Source: Candidatus Aegiribacteria sp. (lineage in GTDB: Bacteria > Fermentibacterota > Fermentibacteria > Fermentibacterales > JCC-6). Taken from it: DNA of 64,000 nucleotides. Where the stretch lies: contig JAUWSL010000001.1 in assembly GCA_030610085.1 (NCBI GenBank), positions 2,740-66,739 of the forward strand. Reading direction: 5' to 3'. The first letter of the stretch is position 1. Every line of letters starts with the position of its first letter. Under the pieces are notes generated by a model. That model did not search any database. It was not told where the DNA came from and worked only from the letters and a program-made list of their open reading frames with translations. Of the stretch, positions 40,082 through 50,629 are shown one piece after another. The translations under genes were made by a program, and so were the position numbers.

Positions 40082-41222
40082 AGAAAGCCCTGATGGTTTC
40101 AACCACTTCGACGGTTTCCTCTTCCGTAAGTTCTCCAAAAACCGGTATGGATATGACTTCCTTTGAAACGGCTTCGGTGACGGGGAAATCCCCTTCACCG
40201 TAACCGAGACGTTCAAAGCACTTCTGAAGGTGAAGTGGCAGCTGATAATAAACAGCACATCCGATACCGTGTTTCCGCAGATAATTAAGAAGTTCGTCCC
40301 GCTCGGGGACCTTTATGGTATACTGATTGTATATTGACCATGCTTCTTTTTTTATCACTGGAACGGTTACCTGTCCAACCCCCCTGAAGGCTTTGTTATA
40401 GTAACGGGCGTTCCTGCGCCGACCCTTGTGCCAGTTTTCAAGATGTGCCAGTTTAACCCTGAGAAATCCGGCTTGAATTGCATCGAGACGGGAATTGAAA
40501 CCTACCTCCTCGTGAATGTAGCCTTTTCCGCCGTGCTCTCTCAGGCTGACCATCCTGTCTGCTAACTCCGGCGAGTCAGTTGTGACCATGCCGCCGTCAC
40601 CGAGGGCTCCGAGGTTCTTGGACGGGAAGAAACTGAAACAACCTGCCGTACCCAGGGAACCAGCCCTCTTCTGATTCCACTTCGAACCCACTGCCTGGCA
40701 GGCATCCTCAACAACTGGAATCTGCCAGTCATTGCAGATGGTCATGATTCTATCCATATCAGCGAGCTGTCCGAACAGATGAACGGGCATCACCGCTCCG
40801 ATCCTTGAACCATTGCTTCTGTCAATCACACCCCTGCTTGTAACTGAGCAGTTATCCGCAAGCCATCCGGACAGGAGTTCCGGATCGATGTTGAACGTGT
40901 CGGGAAGAATATCCAGGAACAGAGGAACGCCGCCGGCCCTCACTATTGCGCCCGCTGAAGCGAAAAACGTGAAAGGTGTGGTCAGAACAACGTCTCCTGG
41001 TTTAACACCGACAGCCATGAGAGCGAGGATAAGAGCGTCCGTACCGGAAGCGCATCCCACCGCTCTTTCCGTACCGCAATATTCAGCGAATTCTTTTTCC
41101 AGATGTTCCATTTCGGGTCCCTTTATAAATCTTGATGTTTCAAGGGCGGTGTTGAATACGGATCGGAGATCTTCGAGTATCGGTTGATGCTGTCTGCTGA
41201 TATCGAGCAAAGGAACTGCCAT
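40065..41222 (-). CDS. DegT/DnrJ/EryC1/StrS-family PLP-dependent sugar aminotransferase
   Basis: The protein is 385 aa. It carries a SxxK-type Lys region (…FFPSKNLGALGDGG) and the overall DegT pattern (…DVVLTTPFTFFASA…). Confidence 0.85.
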   Translation of the reverse strand: MAVPLLDISRQHQPILEDLRSVFNTALETSRFIKGPEMEHLEKEFAEYCGTERAVGCASGTDALILALMAVGVKPGDVVLTTPFTFFASAGAIVRAGGVPLFLDILPDTFNIDPELLSGWLADNCSVTSRGVIDRSNGSRIGAVMPVHLFGQLADMDRIMTICNDWQIPVVEDACQAVGSKWNQKRAGSLGTAGCFSFFPSKNLGALGDGGMVTTDSPELADRMVSLREHGGKGYIHEEVGFNSRLDAIQAGFLRVKLAHLENWHKGRRRNARYYNKAFRGVGQVTVPVIKKEAWSIYNQYTIKVPERDELLNYLRKHGIGCAVYYQLPLHLQKCFERLGYGEGDFPVTEAVSKEVISIPVFGELTEEETVEVVETIRAFYAENG

Positions 41223-41238
41223 TTAGTCTTTCCTTTCG

Positions 41239-42609
41239 CTAATGAGCCCCGGCACCCGTAAGGATTACCTTCAGTGTGCGGGCAAGAATCTCAAGATCAA
41301 GAAATATCGACTGGTTTTCAATATAGTAGAAATCGTACCTGAGTTTGTTTGCTACACTTTCCATATCAACATCATACTCAAGTTTAACCTGAGCCCACCC
41401 CGTCAAACCCGGTTTGATAGTGAGTCTTTTCTGATAGAAAGGGTACATCTTTCTGAGTTTATCGACAAACACTGACCGCTCCGGCCGTGGACCCACAATA
41501 GACATCTCACCCTTCAACACATTTATCAGCTGGGGGATCTCGTCGATGCGGGATTTTCTGAGGTACCTGCCAACGCGTGTTACTCTGACATCATTCTTAC
41601 CTGCCCAGACAGGCCCGCTTCTCTTTTCAGCGTCGTCTACCATGCTTCTGAACTTGAAAACCCTGAATATCTTTCCCCCCTTGCCGACCCTTTCCTGCCG
41701 GTAGAACACAGGGCCCTTTGAGTCCAGCTTTATCAGCACCGCAAGAAACAGCCATAAAGGAAGGCCTGCAAAGAGTACAAGACTGCTCATGAAATAATCT
41801 ATGAACACTTTCACGATCTTCTGCCAGAAAGTCAGCCGTTCAGGTAGTATTTCCATGAATGGCTGCCCCATTATCTGTGTACTGTGAACATGGCCTGTCA
41901 CAATATCAAACAGGTCCGGTACTACTTTCACCCTTATTCCCTCTCCCGCAGCGGGAAGGAGAAGGGAGAGAATATCACCATGGAAATTTGAAGCGATCGT
42001 AACGAGCAGCTCTCTTACAGAGAAAGTTTTAATTATCCCTGGCAGGTCATTCACGGAGCCAAGAATCCTGTCTTCAGGGACTGTTCTCAAAGAATCGATC
42101 TTACCCGGATCTACAAAACCTACAACATCATAACCCAGGGCTGTGTTATCAGATAGATAACTGTTGAGGTCGGAAGCAGCTTCTCCCGTTCCGATTATTG
42201 CGGCCCGCCGGACAAGGAGACCCTTTTTGGCAAGCACTCTTTCCAGGATTCGCATGCAGCCACGCGCAATGAAGACAAAAAGAAGAAGCGCTGCGTAATA
42301 GAATACAATTATCCATCTGCCGATCGAAGCGGAAGGTGATACCAGGAAAGCACCGAAGAACAGTATTATGAAGCCGGAAGTAACAGGCTTCACCACAAGT
42401 TTTAACTCGTCCGCCCAGCTCAGATCCCAGTGCAGCCTGTAGGAGCCGGAGACCAGAAAAATAAGCCACCAGAAAGGAATCAGAAGTAAAGCCCCTGAGA
42501 ATATCATACTGTTTGAAATAGTGACCGAATCGGGGAATATACCCGAGTCGAACTTTATCCATGCCGAAAAAGCCATGGCAAGAAATATTGCGATACCATC
42601 AAATACCAT
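41239..42609 (-). CDS. polyprenyl-phosphate sugar phosphotransferase (WbaP/PglC-type bacterial sugar transferase), the priming enzyme
   Basis: The N-terminus has 4-5 TM helices. The C-terminal domain carries PGLTGWAQV and …RPERSVF…YYIENQSIFLDL…, the bacterial sugar transferase signature. Confidence 0.88.
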   Translation of the reverse strand: MVFDGIAIFLAMAFSAWIKFDSGIFPDSVTISNSMIFSGALLLIPFWWLIFLVSGSYRLHWDLSWADELKLVVKPVTSGFIILFFGAFLVSPSASIGRWIIVFYYAALLLFVFIARGCMRILERVLAKKGLLVRRAAIIGTGEAASDLNSYLSDNTALGYDVVGFVDPGKIDSLRTVPEDRILGSVNDLPGIIKTFSVRELLVTIASNFHGDILSLLLPAAGEGIRVKVVPDLFDIVTGHVHSTQIMGQPFMEILPERLTFWQKIVKVFIDYFMSSLVLFAGLPLWLFLAVLIKLDSKGPVFYRQERVGKGGKIFRVFKFRSMVDDAEKRSGPVWAGKNDVRVTRVGRYLRKSRIDEIPQLINVLKGEMSIVGPRPERSVFVDKLRKMYPFYQKRLTIKPGLTGWAQVKLEYDVDMESVANKLRYDFYYIENQSIFLDLEILARTLKVILTGAGAH

Positions 42610-42632
42610 GCCCAGAATAGTGCTTTTTTTCT

Positions 42633-43769
42633 TCAGCTCATCCTGCCTTTCGACTTTTTCTCCCAGGTTTCAACCGGATTCCCTGACAATATCCTTAATA
42701 TACCATCAATAGCCGCTATACTCATAAGCCAGAAGTAGTATGGAAAAAGAAGCTTTGAAGGCATGAAGCGTTTCAGCAGGAATCCTGCCGCGGCTGCTGC
42801 GTGGAACAGGCACAACAGGAGGAAGAGAATCAGATAGAACTGATTGTTCGAAAGAAATCCGGCAAGAACAGTAGCGGCTGCAAGAAGAAGACCGGAAAAC
42901 CATCTTAGAACCTTGTGCACGAGGAGCTGCAGGAATAACAGGAATTTTCGCTTTTTCAGCGCTTTTCCCATGAGCAGAACACCGCTGATGGACATCCAGC
43001 TTACTATCCTCACCAGTCTTCGATACTGCTCTGTATCGTCCGGAGAGGGTTCAGCGGCTATCGCATCCTCATTGAACACACATGAACTGCCCTCGATCCT
43101 TGTCATTACAGCCAGTTCGAAATCGTCCGCTCTTCTGGACGATAAAGGCTTGAAAAGTTCTCTCCTCAATGCGAATACAGCTCCTGTAGCTCCCAGAACG
43201 GCTCCAAAATATGAACACATTCTCTTGATCACCGTCTCGTACTTCCAGTAGATACTCTCACATGTATCCCCATCCAGGCTGTTCCTCCGGGAACCGTCGA
43301 CGCAGCCTACCGAAGGGTTCGAAAAGGGAATGACAAGTTCCCTGATTGTAACAGGGGCAAAAACCGTGTCAGCATCGGAAAAAACAAGTATCTCTCCGTT
43401 CGACAGTTCCAGCAGTTTCTTTATCATCATGGGTTTTCCTATTCGTTCACCGCTTCGATGCACGATCACTCCCTGATCTTTGAAAGCACCTGCTATGGCA
43501 TCTGTCTCATCATCCGAACTGTCCGAACCAATGAGAATTTCAATAGAACCTCCGTAATTCTGTTCAAGGAGGTTTTTAATCCGTGAGGCGATCACGGCCT
43601 CTTCGTTCCTTGCCGCTATCAGTACGCTGACCGAAGGCCAGTCGTCCGGCGTTTTCCATGAAGAGGAGTATTTCCTGAAAAGCATGGAGATACCGAAAAG
43701 AACCGATGGATAAATGAGCCATGGCGAGAGAAACAATCCCAGAACGAGCCAGAAAGGAACAGGATTCAT
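42633..43769 (-). CDS. membrane-bound family 2 glycosyltransferase
   Basis: An N-terminal TM is followed by a GT-A domain (…VSVLIAARNEEAVI…IGSDSSDDETD…) and multiple C-terminal TM helices. The likely start is the internal Met at 43769, abutting the rSAM stop. Confidence 0.75.
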   Translation of the reverse strand: MNPVPFWLVLGLFLSPWLIYPSVLFGISMLFRKYSSSWKTPDDWPSVSVLIAARNEEAVIASRIKNLLEQNYGGSIEILIGSDSSDDETDAIAGAFKDQGVIVHRSGERIGKPMMIKKLLELSNGEILVFSDADTVFAPVTIRELVIPFSNPSVGCVDGSRRNSLDGDTCESIYWKYETVIKRMCSYFGAVLGATGAVFALRRELFKPLSSRRADDFELAVMTRIEGSSCVFNEDAIAAEPSPDDTEQYRRLVRIVSWMSISGVLLMGKALKKRKFLLFLQLLVHKVLRWFSGLLLAAATVLAGFLSNNQFYLILFLLLCLFHAAAAAGFLLKRFMPSKLLFPYYFWLMSIAAIDGILRILSGNPVETWEKKSKGRMS

Positions 43770-45247
43770 TTTACACCATCCTCTCCGTCCGATACCCCGT
43801 TTTTTCTGAACAGGTGCCTTCGGAAGGTTCCGAAAGCACGGAGAGTTCTTCTGCCCTCGGTAAAGGGGTGACTCAGTGACTGAATGATCTTGTACAGAAG
43901 GTAGCCCGGGCGGAGGTAAAAGCGTTGTCTTGCGTAATTGCACCATTGCACAATTGCTTCCGATTGCAGTCCGGGGAGGTCTACTACGCAGTTGTGGAGC
44001 CCCTCTTCGGTTACCCAGCGAGAGTAGTTCTCCGTTCTCAGCTTTCCCTCTTTTCTGTACTGATCGTAAAGTCTTGTTCCGGGGTATGCCATAATTGGAA
44101 AGAACTGAGCGGTGTCAGGCGAGAGTTTCAGAGACATCTGAAAAGTTTCCTCAAGAGTTTCAGGCGTTTCACCAGGGTTGCCAGCCATGAAGCATCCGTG
44201 AACCAGAAGGCCCGCTTTTCCCGCCCTTTCTGCGAATTCCATATTCTGTTCAACGGTTGTTCCCTTGTTGACGGCGTTCAGAATATCCTGCGAACCGGAT
44301 TCATAACCGACGATGATCATCCTGCAGCCTGCAGCCTTCATTTTCCGCATCGCTTCAAGAGAGAGGTTTGCCCTGACGTTGGCTGTCCAGGGGATACGGT
44401 TGGCGTTCCTTATAAGAACCTCCGAGATATCCTCGACTCTCTTATTGTCAATTGAAAAAGTATCATCTTCTATGACTATTTCCTGGATTCGGGGAAAATG
44501 ATCACGAAAAAGTTCGAATTCCTCCGCTACATGTGTAGCCGAACGAATCCGGTAGCTCTCCCTGTGCATGACCTGAGGCCAGACACAGAAGGAACATCTG
44601 TAAGGGCAGCCGCGGCTTGTAATGGTCATTACGCTTGGGAACCTCGCAGCAGCGAAGAAGTAGTTCTCCGGGGTCAGATGCCTGCTGTAGATATCAGCAA
44701 GGAATGGCAGGGAATCCAGGTCATCTATCATTTCCCTCGGACCGGTGTCAACGAGTTCTCCTCCTGAATTAAGGTAGAGGCCCGGCACGTCGGCAAGCCC
44801 CCCTCCTCCGTCCAGTTTCCCGGCCACTTCAATAAGTGTGGCATCGTATTCCCCAACCGCGACTCCGTCCAGTGACGGAGCCAGCTTCAGGCACTGGGCC
44901 GGAAGAGCGCTGACATGGGTTCCCACCAGCAGAACGAAAGTGTGCGGAAGATATTTCTTTATCATGGATGCGATCCTCAGGTCACTGTAGATGGAGGGAG
45001 TTGATGTATCCACAACCGTAAGCCCGGGACTGAATTCAACCAGCATCCGAAGCATATTGCGCTCATTGATACCTTCCGCCGGGCAGTCAAGAAACAGAAC
45101 GTTATGACCGGCCGCTTCTAGAGCTCCTGTCCCGTAGGCCAGCCAGAAGGGCCAGTACTGAGTTCCACTCTTGTTGATCGCAGGGGAGCGGGATGTCCTT
45201 GAAAATCTGCCGTTCATGAAAGGAGGATTGATAACCGCTGCTTTCAT
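43766..45247 (-). CDS. B12-binding domain radical SAM protein (paralog 2)
   Basis: The N-terminal B12-binding domain begins at MKAAVINPPF. The CxxxCxxC motif is SRGCPYRCSFC. It shares a DDLD[ES]LPF motif with paralog 1. Confidence 0.8.
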   Translation of the reverse strand: MKAAVINPPFMNGRFSRTSRSPAINKSGTQYWPFWLAYGTGALEAAGHNVLFLDCPAEGINERNMLRMLVEFSPGLTVVDTSTPSIYSDLRIASMIKKYLPHTFVLLVGTHVSALPAQCLKLAPSLDGVAVGEYDATLIEVAGKLDGGGGLADVPGLYLNSGGELVDTGPREMIDDLDSLPFLADIYSRHLTPENYFFAAARFPSVMTITSRGCPYRCSFCVWPQVMHRESYRIRSATHVAEEFELFRDHFPRIQEIVIEDDTFSIDNKRVEDISEVLIRNANRIPWTANVRANLSLEAMRKMKAAGCRMIIVGYESGSQDILNAVNKGTTVEQNMEFAERAGKAGLLVHGCFMAGNPGETPETLEETFQMSLKLSPDTAQFFPIMAYPGTRLYDQYRKEGKLRTENYSRWVTEEGLHNCVVDLPGLQSEAIVQWCNYARQRFYLRPGYLLYKIIQSLSHPFTEGRRTLRAFGTFRRHLFRKNGVSDGEDGVK

Positions 45248-46398
45248 GATGTTATCACGCGAATTCTGTCCGCTATTGCCGAAGCGGTTTTTTCCCATGA
45301 ATAGTTACCTGCCCTTTCGAGAGCTTTTCGAGCCAGCTTTCTTCTGAGCTGGGGCTGAGAGGTGAGCAAGGCCATCCCTCGCATTATATCCTCGACTGAT
45401 TCGGGGTTCACAAGAATACCGGCATCTCCGACCAGCTCCTCAAGGGCCGTTCCGGCGGAAGCGACAACTGGAGAACCCGCGGCCATTGCTTCAAGGGCGG
45501 GAAGGCCGAAACCCTCCTTCAGTGATGGAATCACAAGGCCGGTACAGCAGCGGTACAGTGTTCTCAATTCATCATCGGTAACGTGGGATAGAACCGAGAT
45601 ACTGTCCGTTGCTGAACATTCCTTTACATCACGCATGAAATCACCGAAAGCCCTGTCTCTGCGGACGACCATTTTCATCTCGGGGAAACGGGGATTGATG
45701 GCCTTCAGCCTGGCGTAGGCTACGATAAGCCTCGTAACATTCTTGTAGGCTCTTGCATTTCCTACGTAGAGAAGGTAATCCTTCCTTTGCAGACCACCCT
45801 CTTCATCACCGGAGAACAGGTCCTGGCCAGCTCCCGCTACAAATGCCTTCGTTTCTGCTCCCGGATAAGCACTCCGCAGGTCACTGAGGGATGCATCTGA
45901 CAGAACAGATATTGCGCGGGCATGGTTTATAGATCTTTTAATTTTTCTTCCAAACAGGAATTTCGAAATGAGATTTCTGAAAAAACTGTTTCCGAAATAT
46001 CCCGGCACGTTCAGTACCATCAGGTCATGAACGGACAGCAGAGTTGGAATGGAAGGTAACGGTCCCGCCATTGAAAAGTTCAGGTAGCAGTCAGCTCCGG
46101 AAGATTCAATGAGAGGAACCAGTTCCCGGTTCTCCCCCCGGCGGAACCTCGCAGCGCTGCTTATAACCGTTTCATAAGGCAGGTGTTCAACATGCTGCAC
46201 CGATTCGGGATTAACAATGACGGAGAGTTCCCAGCCCGGCTCAAGCCTGGCGAGGGCTTCCATTACTCCAAGAGAATACCTGCCGATACCATCGATTTGT
46301 ATCTGCAGTGCTCTTGCGTCAATCATAAGGTGCATGAAACACTCCCGATATAGAGTACGAATATCGTTTGCGGAAAGATAATTCCCTCTTCGACGCAA
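45244..46398 (-). CDS. family 4 (GT-B) glycosyltransferase
   Basis: The C-terminal GT4 signature is …PSLKEGFGLPALEAMAAGSPVVAS…. Confidence 0.8.
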   Translation of the reverse strand: MRRRGNYLSANDIRTLYRECFMHLMIDARALQIQIDGIGRYSLGVMEALARLEPGWELSVIVNPESVQHVEHLPYETVISSAARFRRGENRELVPLIESSGADCYLNFSMAGPLPSIPTLLSVHDLMVLNVPGYFGNSFFRNLISKFLFGRKIKRSINHARAISVLSDASLSDLRSAYPGAETKAFVAGAGQDLFSGDEEGGLQRKDYLLYVGNARAYKNVTRLIVAYARLKAINPRFPEMKMVVRRDRAFGDFMRDVKECSATDSISVLSHVTDDELRTLYRCCTGLVIPSLKEGFGLPALEAMAAGSPVVASAGTALEELVGDAGILVNPESVEDIMRGMALLTSQPQLRRKLARKALERAGNYSWEKTASAIADRIRVITS

Positions 46399-46414
46399 TG
46401 TACAGGATTATCGA

Positions 46415-47701
46415 TCATTCGCTTTCACTTTCTGCGCGTCCGGGCAGGCTGCTGATGCCGGTGAGAATATCCGCCAATCTGCAGCCTGCTTCTTTCATCG
46501 ATCGCTCCTCTGTGACAAACTTCATGCCCGAGAGAATCAGTTTGTTCCTGAGTTCAGCATTATGAAGGACTTCTTCAAGAGAAGAAGCCATTTCAGCCGG
46601 ATCGCGGTTAACGAGTATTCCATTTTTTCCAGAGTCTATGTTGTCAATGAACCCGCCTTCACGCACAGCAATAACCGGCAGGCCGCACGCCATGGCTTCA
46701 AGAGGAACCAGACCGTAGGGTTCGTTGTGCTGGCAGCAGAGGAGAGCTTCTGAGGTGGTGTAAAACTGCCTGAGTTCTTCATTTGAAATATCCCTTTTCA
46801 CGCTCAGATCCACCCCCAGATCAACGGCTGTTTTTTCAAGATAAGTTCCGTATCCGGGGTATTCCCTGTCTGCTATGATCATAAGAGCCGGTCTCTTTTC
46901 GACAGGAACACGTGAAACAGCTTCTATTGCCATTTTATGGCCCTTGAAAGGCCAGAGGGCTCCGATGCTGAGAACCATATTCTTCCTGACGGCATTCTTA
47001 TCAATGTGGAAGAAGTCCGTATCCACACCGGGTCTTACAATGATGGAATCCAGTCCGTAAATATCGGCGATCCTGCTTTTCATCCATTCTGAAAAGGTCA
47101 CTATACAATCCGCGGTCATCATCGATTCTCTGTCCATTTTCTTTTCAAGGTTTCTCAAAGGAGAAAGGAGAAGTCGAGTGAAAAAACCTGCAGTTCTGCT
47201 TATCAGATCCTTTTCGTAGATATGGCGGGGAAACTCGTAACAGAAGTAAACGGAAGGGATGCTCAGATACTTCAGAACAGGCGGGGCTGCGACGAACATG
47301 GAATTATGGACAAGGGCAATATCCGAGGTTGAATTGATCTCATCCGCAATTCTGATACAAAGCCTGTCAAAAGCCCTCAGTCTGGCAGGTAAAGACAAAG
47401 GAGCCGCAAGTTTTCTTAAACCGGAAATTCTTCTTCCCTCCCCGAACGGCCACTCCTTCCTTGTAAGACTCCCTGGAATATTCAGCGGGGAAGACCCCTC
47501 CGGATGGTGGACGGTTATGGAAAAGAAATGCTCAAGCTGACGAAGCAGTGCCCCCGCGACATTCACACCTCCGCCTGATGGCAGATTGTGGAATACTGCC
47601 AGCTCGGGCTGAACACGGGGTGATTCGTGAATCTCCACCACTCTCTTCCTTCCTTCTACAGTTTCTGAACGCTTGCGCGGTCTGAGTATTATATATTCCA
47701 C
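46415..47701 (-). CDS. family 4 (GT-B) glycosyltransferase
   Basis: The C-terminal GT4 signature is …NEPYGLVPLEAMACGLPVIAVREGG…. Confidence 0.8.
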   Translation of the reverse strand: MEYIILRPRKRSETVEGRKRVVEIHESPRVQPELAVFHNLPSGGGVNVAGALLRQLEHFFSITVHHPEGSSPLNIPGSLTRKEWPFGEGRRISGLRKLAAPLSLPARLRAFDRLCIRIADEINSTSDIALVHNSMFVAAPPVLKYLSIPSVYFCYEFPRHIYEKDLISRTAGFFTRLLLSPLRNLEKKMDRESMMTADCIVTFSEWMKSRIADIYGLDSIIVRPGVDTDFFHIDKNAVRKNMVLSIGALWPFKGHKMAIEAVSRVPVEKRPALMIIADREYPGYGTYLEKTAVDLGVDLSVKRDISNEELRQFYTTSEALLCCQHNEPYGLVPLEAMACGLPVIAVREGGFIDNIDSGKNGILVNRDPAEMASSLEEVLHNAELRNKLILSGMKFVTEERSMKEAGCRLADILTGISSLPGRAESESE

Positions 47702-47747
47702 TATAAACTAACACGATTAAGGTTCTGGGAAAACCGGAGGAATACTC

Positions 47748-48653
47748 ATGCGTGTAGCTGTCATTCTTGTCAACTACGGACAGTGGGAACTTACAGAGAA
47801 ATGCATCGATTCTCTTGATCAGTCCAGCGGAGTGGATATCAGGATTACGCTCGTAGATAACTGTTCACCCGGCCCGGTTCCGCCGTGGGTAAGAATCAGG
47901 AAAGACCTGAGATTCATACAGATGAATGAAAATATAGGTTTTGCAGGTGGGAATAATGCAGGATTCCATGCGTCTGTTGAGGATCAGGCTGAGTATACGT
48001 TCTTTCTGAACAACGATGCTGAAGTCCTTCCCGAAACGGTTCACAACCTTGCAGGATACCTTGGTGAGAATACCGGAACAGGTATAGCGGCTCCCGCTGT
48101 ATACTGGGCATCGGACCCGGAAAGGCTCTGGAGCGCCGGCGGGAAATTCGTCAAAAGGAAAATGCGTTTTGAACAGGTGGACATTCCCGATAAGGAATAC
48201 ACTCCCAGCGAAGGGGTACCGGTGGATTTCGTGTCAGGGTGCGCGCTGATGATAGGAACAGATCTTTTCAGCAGGATCGGTTGCTTCAGGGAAGATTTCT
48301 TCATGTATTATGAGGATGCCGATCTTTGCAGAAAAGTTATTGAACAGGGTTACTCGGTGGATGTACTTCCTTCCGAAACTGTTCTTCACAGCGTTGCGAA
48401 AGGAAGTGGTGGAGAGCTTTCCAGAATTGCCATCTATTTCTCTGAAAGGAACAGGATACTTCTTTCCCGCGATATGCTCACTCCGTCGATGAGGTTTATT
48501 TTCATGGTATACAAGACCGCTGTTCTGATGGTGCTGACCATGAAATTTCTCCTCTGGGAGGGTCCCGGACTGATCCCCTGCATATGGCGCGGGTACATCG
48601 ACGGTCTTGCAGGAAGGACCGGCTTCACAGATGTACTGGGCAAGCTTGTCTGA
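47748..48653 (+). CDS. family 2 glycosyltransferase
   Basis: The N-terminus MRVAVILVNYGQWELTEKCIDSL…TLVDNCS is followed by DAD and DxD-like motifs (YYEDADL). Confidence 0.75.
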   Translation: MRVAVILVNYGQWELTEKCIDSLDQSSGVDIRITLVDNCSPGPVPPWVRIRKDLRFIQMNENIGFAGGNNAGFHASVEDQAEYTFFLNNDAEVLPETVHNLAGYLGENTGTGIAAPAVYWASDPERLWSAGGKFVKRKMRFEQVDIPDKEYTPSEGVPVDFVSGCALMIGTDLFSRIGCFREDFFMYYEDADLCRKVIEQGYSVDVLPSETVLHSVAKGSGGELSRIAIYFSERNRILLSRDMLTPSMRFIFMVYKTAVLMVLTMKFLLWEGPGLIPCIWRGYIDGLAGRTGFTDVLGKLV

Positions 48654-48768
48654 AAGACTCCGGTTCAACTCTTTCCAAAATGTCCGTATTGGTTATTTTA
48701 CTCACTGCAATACTTTCATGCTGCTGCATCAGCATTGAAGGGCTGAAAACAAATCCGGATTCAGGAGA

Positions 48769-49062
48769 ATGTCACAGATGATATGTAAAAACTGTGGAAA
48801 TAAGTACGATGGCAGAACTGTTGGTTTCAGAACCCTGTGCGAAAACTGCGGGGAATATCTTCATACATGCTTGAACTGTGCCATCTACGATTCAGTCACG
48901 GAGAGATGCCGGTCACTTACAACGGAAGCTGTAAGAGACAGAAAAAACATTAATCACTGTGAAGAGTTCATTCCCAATAAAGGAATTCTGCCGGAAGCGG
49001 ATTCAGGGGAAGTTAAAACCGCTGATGATTTCAAAACTCTTTTCAGTCTGGACGGTGAGTAA
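48769..49062 (+). CDS. small zinc-ribbon protein (hypothetical)
   Basis: The 97-aa protein has three CxxC pairs (CKNCGN…CENCGE…CLNCAIY…C). It sits between a GT2 and the O-antigen-ligase-like gene. Confidence 0.45.
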   Translation: MSQMICKNCGNKYDGRTVGFRTLCENCGEYLHTCLNCAIYDSVTERCRSLTTEAVRDRKNINHCEEFIPNKGILPEADSGEVKTADDFKTLFSLDGE

Positions 49063-49100
49063 ATCATCTCTGCCAATCCGCCGCAGCCGGAAAGAAGTCC

Positions 49101-50629
49101 ATGAAAATTCTTTCCCGCGACCTTTATGATATTTCGGAATGCAGGCTCAATTTCCGGGGCGTGATCGTGCTGTTTCTGTTTTCAGCGGCATACTTTGCCT
49201 GTTTCTTTGCTCTGTCCCAGCAGATGCGTTACCTGTTATTCGCCGGGACAGCTCTTGTAGCATTTTTACTGATCAGACCAAAACCCGGTTTCTGGCTTCC
49301 TCTGTTACCTCTTATTTTCATGGCAGGCGGCTCAACACTGCGAGCGGGTGAATTCAACCCCGCCATTGCGACCATTGTTATGGCAGCCTTTACATTCTTC
49401 TACATCATCCAGAGGGTTCTCTGGAATAAATCCCTGTTTATACCGTCTCCATTCCTTTTCATGATCTTCATAGCATTGCTTATTCAAGTGTTCAGCATAT
49501 TCATATCGATCCATTTGCACGAGCAGCACCAGTGGAACGCCATACGAGACGGCAGCAGCCTATTTTTATTCTTCCCTCTCGCGCTGATGATTCCTTCCAT
49601 CTGCAGAACCGAGAAAAAATTAAACCAGCTGCTGAGGGCCATTGTTATAGCAGTTCTGGCAGCCTCTGCTATTGGTGTTATGCAGTATTTCTCGATCACA
49701 GGTTTCTCAAGAATAGATATAAGCCTCGGATATCTGTATCGAGGAAGGGTTGCGAGCCTCTTCGGCAACGCCAATATTTTTGCAGGATACCTTGAACTGG
49801 GCATCCCCATTGCTATTGCAATGTTTTTCACAGAGAAGGACCTGAAGTGGAAAATCACCGCACTGGCAGCGGTTATCCTTGGTATGCTCGGAGTTCTATA
49901 CACTTTCTCCAGGGGGGGATTGGTCAGCGTTTTCCTCGGTAGCGGGATTATCCTGATATACATTTTCAGATCGAAGATATGGATACCCGTTGTTCTTGGT
50001 ATTCTGGCGATTTTCATGTTGATTATGAGCGAGAGTACCTTCGAAAGGCAGATGTCCTTTTTTATGAACCCGGCAGCGAACCTGAGCCAGCCAACCATTC
50101 TTCACAGATACATTACATACCGCGGCTTCCTTGATCAGTTCGCAGAGTCTCCTGTAACAGGTGTGGGATGGGGAGCCAGGGAGTTCTACTGGGGACGGTC
50201 GCAGATATACAGCTTCTGGGAAGTCAGACACTGCCAGAGCAGGGAAACGATACTCGCGTTCGGAGGACTTAACAGCCTTTTCCTCAATCACGCGGTAAAG
50301 GGGGGAGTTGTATCTCTTGTATCCGTTTTCTTGTGTTTGCAGCGATTTATGCTGCCTTTTTCAGGGCATTCAGGAGAGGCGGGGGCATAATATCAGTTGC
50401 CATTGTAGCTGGAATATTCAGCCTCATGATCCATCAGATAGTAGGCAACCAGTTGCGGTTCCCAACTGTCAACTCGCAGTTCTGGTTTGTCACGGGGCTG
50501 TTGCTTGTTCTTGCGTCGTCTGACCTCATTAAGCAGAACAGCGAGGAACGTTCGAAATTAAAACAGCTTCCTGAATCGACTGTACAGGAGGACTCTGAAC
50601 GGAAAGGAAGAAATGTCCCGCATTCCTGA
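49101..50629 (+). CDS. O-antigen ligase/polymerase-like (Wzy_C/WaaL family) membrane protein, interrupted by a 1-nt frameshift at a G6 tract
   Basis: The 429-aa first frame (49101-50390) has at least 10 TM helices and a large periplasmic loop. The second frame (50333-50629) encodes additional TM helices. Adding one G at the run 50300-50305 joins them into a single continuous ORF. Confidence 0.55.

Noticed and set aside
49484-50098. 204-aa minus-strand ORF within the O-antigen-ligase-like gene
   Set aside because: It is antisense to a multi-TM coding region and has no motifs.
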